Positions 18,491 through 23,057 of a stretch of 23,057 bases of DNA are shown here, one piece after another. The position numbers were made by a program, and so were the translations under genes. Below the pieces are notes generated by a model, which did not search any database, was not told the DNA's origin, and saw only the letters and a list, made by a program, of their open reading frames with translations. How positions within the stretch are numbered: position 1 is the first letter of the stretch; each line of letters starts with the position of its first letter. The DNA is from Chthonomonadales bacterium (GTDB lineage Bacteria > Armatimonadota > Chthonomonadetes > Chthonomonadales > Chthonomonadaceae): assembly GCA_038217285.1 (NCBI GenBank), contig JBBQPO010000067.1:1-23057 (forward strand). Reading direction: 5' to 3'.

Positions 18491-20191
18491 ATGTCACCGA
18501 GAATGCCCCTAACGGACTTTCCTTCCACCAAGGCCACCCTTTACTCTGCTGTCATCGCAGGCAACGATCAGGGACTGGTACAAGAGCGACTTCTTCTGGC
18601 TGCCATCATCGAAGCGTCGCAGGAAGCAGTCTTGTCCGAAACACTCGACGGTATCGTCACCACCTGGAACAACGCCGCCGAACGGCTGTTCGGGTATACG
18701 ACCGGGGAGATCATCGGGCAGCCCAACCGCATGTTTGTGCCGCCCAACTACGTGTATGAGGAAGCGGTCTTAGTGGATCAGGTCTGCCATGGGGATCTGC
18801 CGCCGGCCGTCGATACCGTGCGCCGGCACAAAGAGGGACACCTGTTGAATGTCACGCTGACCTTTTCGCCCGTCAAGAACGCGGTCGGAAGGACCGTCGG
18901 AGTCTCGACCATTGCCAGAAACACACGAGAACCCAAGAAACGCGCCGAGACACTACAACAGATCGAGGCTCCGCCGACAAGCGCGAAAAACGCAGGCCGA
19001 GGCCCGGAAGCGACAAGCGCCGAGCGGGAGTCTCTGACGACTGACAGCCTGACCGGATTGCAGAATCACCGCGTCTTTCAAGAGCGGATCCGAACGGAAG
19101 CAGGCCAGTCGGCATGCTACGACGCGCCGCTCTCCATGCTGTTGCTCGATGTTGATCGCTTTAAGGAGTACAATGACCGCTTCGGCCATCTCGCGGGCGA
19201 TTCCGTCCTGCAGAAAATAGCGGACGTGCTGAAGGCGACGGCCCACAAAATGGATCTGGTAGTACGCTATGGCGGCGAAGAGTTCGCCGTCATCCTGACG
19301 GAAACCGATGCGGATGGCGCGAAGGCGACTGCCGAGCGGTTTCGCGCAGCGATTGAAGCGGTTCCGTGGCCGGACCGGCCCATAACCGCCTCGTTCGGGT
19401 TAGCAACGCTCACCCTGACGACTTCCGGTCCCGCCGCGCTGATCGCGCAAGCGGAAGAAGCGCTGTCACGATCCAAAAAACGAGGCCGCAACTGCGTCAC
19501 GCATAGTGCGGACCGCCCCGAACCCGGTCTCGCGTCCGGCCCCTCCGCAGTCCTCATGCAGCATCTCGAGGGCCTGGAGTCGGACGCGTTCACGGTACCG
19601 TCGGAGACACTGAAGCAGAGCCTGCAGGCGTCCTACGACTCGACAGTCGAGAGTTGGTCGCGTCTCCTGGACATACGCGACAAAGAGACAGAAGGACACA
19701 ACAAACGAGTCACGTCGCTCATGGTACGTCTGGCGCGGCACGTGGGCATGACCGAAGAAGAGGTGTCGTTCGTCAAATGGGGCGCGCAACTGCATGACAT
19801 AGGGAAGATGGCGGTACCCGACCATATTCTGCACAAGCACGGGCCGTTGACGGTGGAGGAGTGGGTGGAGATACGACGGCATCCTGCGGTCGCTTACGAG
19901 ATGCTGGCGCCGATCGAGTTTCTGGGGCCTGCCATCGACGTGGCGTATTGCCACCATGAGAAATGGGACGGCACCGGCTATCCTCGATCGTTGAAAGGGA
20001 CGGCTATCCCGGCTGCGGCGCGGCTGTTCGCGGTGATCGACGTCTACGATGCGCTCTGTTCGGATCGCTGCTATCGGGACGGCTGGCCGGAACACAAAGT
20101 ATGCGAGTACCTGCGAGAACAGGCCGGAACGCACTTCGAGCCGAAGGCTGTCGAAGCGTTCCTGGAGATGCTGGAGGCAAACCACGCGTAG
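18491..20191 (+). CDS. PAS-GGDEF-HD-GYP protein (diguanylate cyclase / c-di-GMP phosphodiesterase)
   Basis: PAS (WNNAAERLFGY..EIIGQ), DVDRFKEYNDRFGHLAGD, RYGGEEF, RDKETEGH, LHDIGK, HHEKWDGTGYP. GAGG RBS before ATG 18491. Confidence 0.92.
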   Translation: MSPRMPLTDFPSTKATLYSAVIAGNDQGLVQERLLLAAIIEASQEAVLSETLDGIVTTWNNAAERLFGYTTGEIIGQPNRMFVPPNYVYEEAVLVDQVCHGDLPPAVDTVRRHKEGHLLNVTLTFSPVKNAVGRTVGVSTIARNTREPKKRAETLQQIEAPPTSAKNAGRGPEATSAERESLTTDSLTGLQNHRVFQERIRTEAGQSACYDAPLSMLLLDVDRFKEYNDRFGHLAGDSVLQKIADVLKATAHKMDLVVRYGGEEFAVILTETDADGAKATAERFRAAIEAVPWPDRPITASFGLATLTLTTSGPAALIAQAEEALSRSKKRGRNCVTHSADRPEPGLASGPSAVLMQHLEGLESDAFTVPSETLKQSLQASYDSTVESWSRLLDIRDKETEGHNKRVTSLMVRLARHVGMTEEEVSFVKWGAQLHDIGKMAVPDHILHKHGPLTVEEWVEIRRHPAVAYEMLAPIEFLGPAIDVAYCHHEKWDGTGYPRSLKGTAIPAAARLFAVIDVYDALCSDRCYRDGWPEHKVCEYLREQAGTHFEPKAVEAFLEMLEANHA

Positions 20192-20310
20192 CCGTAAGTC
20201 TCCTCGATGCGCTTCCGTGACATGATCGTCGCGTGTCGACCGGCGCTCCAAACTCGGCTCAACGCCGCTCTGATTTTACCGCAGTGTATCTGCCGGAATC
20301 ACCGCGACAC

Positions 20311-20359
20311 AAAATCTGCCGTTCCGCAGATGTGTTCTCCCGGACCGTTCCGCTACAAT
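20311..20359 (+). promoter_or_regulatory. Box C: AAAATCTGCCGTTCCGCAGATG plus -10 element TACAAT
   Basis: Perfect palindrome ATCTGC-N6-GCAGAT. Starts 119 nt before the pilin 2 ATG. TACAAT at 20354-20359. Confidence 0.7.
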
Positions 20360-20429
20360 AGCAACACAGGAGCCACCGAGTTCCTCTACAAATCCTAAAT
20401 CGACGTACTGTTCCTACCAGGAGGCTTCC

Positions 20430-20846
20430 ATGTTCCAGAATCAACGGCGCACTGCTGCTCGAAACCGCAAAGGTTTCACTCTTATCGAACTGCTCGTCGT
20501 CGTCCTTATCCTCGCCATCCTCATGGCGGTCGCCATGCCGCTCTATCTGAGCGCGGTTTCCGACGCGCAGAAGAAGACCTGCCGCGCCAACCTGCAGACC
20601 ATCGCCAACGCCGTGCAGGCTGCCCGTATCAAAAGCGGCGCCGCCGATTACGGCACGCTCATCACCGCAGGCGTCACCGTCATCAACCTGCCCGACCTGA
20701 CGGCCGTGCCTGCCTGCCCAAACTCCGGCGCTTACACCCTGGCCAACGGCAGCAGCGCCTCGACGGCGACCTTCCAGGTCAAGTGCGGCTATGGAACCGG
20801 CACCGGTGCGCACGGCAAATTCGAACCCGGCGTCGACAACAACTAA
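20430..20846 (+). CDS. Type IV pilin / pseudopilin-like protein, paralog 2
   Basis: Same RNRKG|FTLIELLVVVLILAILMAVAMP signal. AGGAGG RBS. C-terminus HGKFEPGVDNN identical to paralog 1. Confidence 0.92.
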   Translation: MFQNQRRTAARNRKGFTLIELLVVVLILAILMAVAMPLYLSAVSDAQKKTCRANLQTIANAVQAARIKSGAADYGTLITAGVTVINLPDLTAVPACPNSGAYTLANGSSASTATFQVKCGYGTGTGAHGKFEPGVDNN

Positions 20847-20868
20847 TCGTCCCTGTCTCTTCACTATC

Positions 20869-20900
20869 GAGGGGGAAGCCGTATGCTTCCCCCTCTTTCT
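20869..20900 (+). terminator. Rho-independent terminator after pilin 2
   Basis: GAGGGGGAAGC-cgtat-GCTTCCCCCTC 11-bp stem followed by TTTCT. Confidence 0.75.
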
Positions 20901-20951
20901 ATTCTCTCCAGTCTCCGCAACGAGGCGGCTTGACGCTATAGAGAGGTCATT

Positions 20952-21869
20952 ATGAGCCATTATTCGTCGCGCTCCGTTGTACATATACTTTTTATCGAAG
21001 CAAACCCTGTCGACGCCGAACGCATCGACCAGATCCTGTGCGAGGCCCACCAGACGGCGTTCGCCGTGACCCGCGTGACGCGTTTCCAGGAAGCCCTGGA
21101 GCGTCTCGATACCCACTGTTTCGACCTGATCCTGCTGGACCTGACTCGACAGGATCCCACCGATCTTGCCATGATGACACAGTTCTGTGCGAAGGTTCCC
21201 GGATTTCCCATCGTCGTGTTGATGGGAGAGGATGAGAGGCGCGGAGCGGAAGCGATGGAGGCAGGCGCGCACGAGTACGTCAGCGCGGGGAGTCTCGACG
21301 GAGATCATCTCCCCCAGGCGCTCAGATACGCGCTGACGCGACACTGGATGCAGAAAAATATCCAGGTCTCCTCACTGACGGATGAGCTGACCGGCCTGAA
21401 GAACGGCGACGGTCTCGTATTGATGGCGGAGCAGCAACGCAAAATTGCCCAGAGGTCGGGCCGTGAGTTCCTGCTGCTGGCTCTCTCTCTCGACCCGCTC
21501 GCGTGGACAGGTGCAGACACGGGAGATCGCGAAGGCGACCGCGCGCTTATCGACATCGCGCAGATCCTGCGCAAAACCTTTCGCGCCACCGACGTGATCG
21601 CGCGAACGGGGCCACATGAGTTTGCGGTCGCGGTACTCGACACGCATGCGAGATGGAGCGCCGCGTTTGTCGCCCGCCTGGAGCATAACGTGACTCTACA
21701 CAACACGCAGGCGCAGCGTCCCTACGAACTGAAGATCCGGATCGGCATCGCGACCTATCGCTCGGACGATCCGTCTACAATCGAAGCGCTCCTGGAAGAG
21801 GCCCACGCAGCAAGAATCGTACCACCCCTCTTCTCTCCCAGGATGGAGTTGGCGGCGACGCCCGGCTAG
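20952..21869 (+). CDS. Receiver + degenerate GGDEF protein
   Basis: REC-like N-terminus (FDLILLDL), TDELTGLKN, then RATDVIARTGPHEF in place of RxxDxxxRxGGDEF. Confidence 0.85.
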   Translation: MSHYSSRSVVHILFIEANPVDAERIDQILCEAHQTAFAVTRVTRFQEALERLDTHCFDLILLDLTRQDPTDLAMMTQFCAKVPGFPIVVLMGEDERRGAEAMEAGAHEYVSAGSLDGDHLPQALRYALTRHWMQKNIQVSSLTDELTGLKNGDGLVLMAEQQRKIAQRSGREFLLLALSLDPLAWTGADTGDREGDRALIDIAQILRKTFRATDVIARTGPHEFAVAVLDTHARWSAAFVARLEHNVTLHNTQAQRPYELKIRIGIATYRSDDPSTIEALLEEAHAARIVPPLFSPRMELAATPG

Positions 21870-21916
21870 AGGTTCGGGAGGGTCGTCTCTCCAGAACGCG
21901 CCCCAGAAAGTCTTCT

Positions 21917-23057
21917 CTATTTGCCCTCCGCCGAAGGCGCGGTTTTGGTGCGCAACCGGGCGTCCGACAGATCCAGCCGGTACATCATCTGGTTATACTC
22001 GTAACGCGGCGTGGGCGGCGTATCCGGCGTACCGGTGAACTGATTGGTGTAGGTTCCCTCGAAGTAGATCAGACGTCCGCCCTGTTGATCGAAAAACGGA
22101 TGCTGCGTCGGATTGTAGAAAGTATAGCGGTCGTGCGTCACGATCTTTTTGGCCGTTCGCCAGGGGCCTTCCGGCGCCTCTGCCTCGGCATACCAGACCT
22201 CCCCCAAATAGGAGGTTCCGCCTGCCTGAACACAGATCATGATCCAGCGATTGCGAAAGGCGTTCCAGGCTACAGACCCCCCATGCGCCTCAACACTCTT
22301 ACCGGTGTCCAGATCGCGCAGCGCAAAGGGGGAGTCATCGAGGTTCATTTTGCCTGCTGTGACCAGTTCGCGCTGTTGCGGGGGCGAGAGCGGTGCGGTG
22401 TCGCGTTTCCATCCCCAGACCGGCTTTCCGACCGCATCCCGTTCTATCTTACTGTTCGCGCCGTTGAAGCGACTGCCAGACACGAGCGGCGTGTAGGCTT
22501 CGTAGTGCGTAAGATCCTGAAGATCCGCCATTGTGGCGCGCACACGCAGGTTCGCATAGGGCGTGGGAAAGTAGAGATAGTCCGTGCCCTGAACGATGTG
22601 ATGGAACGGATGCCCCTGTGGGTAGAGCGGGTTTGACAGGTCGAACCGGGTGAAAGGCTCGAACGTCTGGGTGGAATCGTTGAAACGCATCAGCCCGCGT
22701 TCCAGGGGCGCACTCAGGCCCTTGAGACGCTCGTACCTCGACAGCAGCCTCTCGTGACCATCGGAATCCCGCACCGTCATCAGCGCATCGATCCAGACCA
22801 CGCCGGGATCGGGGAGAGGCGCCATTCCCCGGCAGAATCCCTCTTTGTTGACGAAATAGGTCAGGTCAACTCCGATGTCCGGGTCTAAACCGCCATGGCC
22901 CGGTAACTTCGATGTCGCGCCGGACGTCGAGAAGTTACCCAGGGGATACGATGGACGACTGGTATCGCCCCAGAACCAGAACAGTTTGCCCTGATACGGG
23001 ACTGCCTCGACCGTGTCCTGTCCGGAAACCTGTCCATTGAGCACCGGCTCCGCGACG
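21917..23057 (-). CDS. Hypothetical beta-propeller protein, DUF4185-like, 5'-truncated by the window
   Basis: Frame stays open past GTG 23044 to the window edge. Motifs GKLFWFWGDT, HGGSVAWN, EAPEGPW, TFYNP..HP. Family assignment tentative. Confidence 0.65.
   Translation of the reverse strand, partial: VAEPVLNGQVSGQDTVEAVPYQGKLFWFWGDTSRPSYPLGNFSTSGATSKLPGHGGLDPDIGVDLTYFVNKEGFCRGMAPLPDPGVVWIDALMTVRDSDGHERLLSRYERLKGLSAPLERGLMRFNDSTQTFEPFTRFDLSNPLYPQGHPFHHIVQGTDYLYFPTPYANLRVRATMADLQDLTHYEAYTPLVSGSRFNGANSKIERDAVGKPVWGWKRDTAPLSPPQQRELVTAGKMNLDDSPFALRDLDTGKSVEAHGGSVAWNAFRNRWIMICVQAGGTSYLGEVWYAEAEAPEGPWRTAKKIVTHDRYTFYNPTQHPFFDQQGGRLIYFEGTYTNQFTGTPDTPPTPRYEYNQMMYRLDLSDARLRTKTAPSAEGK

Overview
GC-rich bacterial chromosomal window. 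The gene content (PEP-CTERM protein, prepilin-type proteins, LCP, Tat-exported Mo enzyme) suggests a diderm environmental bacterium, possibly Armatimonadota-like; this is inference only. Left to right: a partial secreted TPR protein missed by the ORF track, an exported carboxypeptidase-regulatory-like protein, an alpha/beta hydrolase, a PabB-PabC fusion, a strong promoter with a ~280-nt structured leader, an SDR, a PEP-CTERM protein, a sulfite-oxidase-family enzyme, pgi, dps, a decayed IS66-like transposase, a small-protein/aspartic-protease pair, a deacetylase/NagB-like/Gfo-Idh-MocA operon, LCP, a tandem [promoter-pilin-hairpin-c-di-GMP gene] x2 module, and a partial DUF4185-like gene. Three signals stand out. 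(1) A CRP/FNR-geometry box (AAAA-TNTGC-N6-GCAGA-TG followed by a -10 element) precedes both pilin paralogs with identical spacing. A third copy 15 kb away is followed only by ~55 nt and a terminator, a candidate co-regulated sRNA. The pilins have a possible Cys3-His metal site and are paired with one active and one degenerate c-di-GMP protein. (2) A perfect 29-bp duplication of the dps 3' end flanks a unique 37-bp insert, the geometry expected from off-target Cas1-Cas2 spacer integration. (3) An unassigned structured RNA region with a 113-nt G-U-rich hairpin lies upstream of the SDR.
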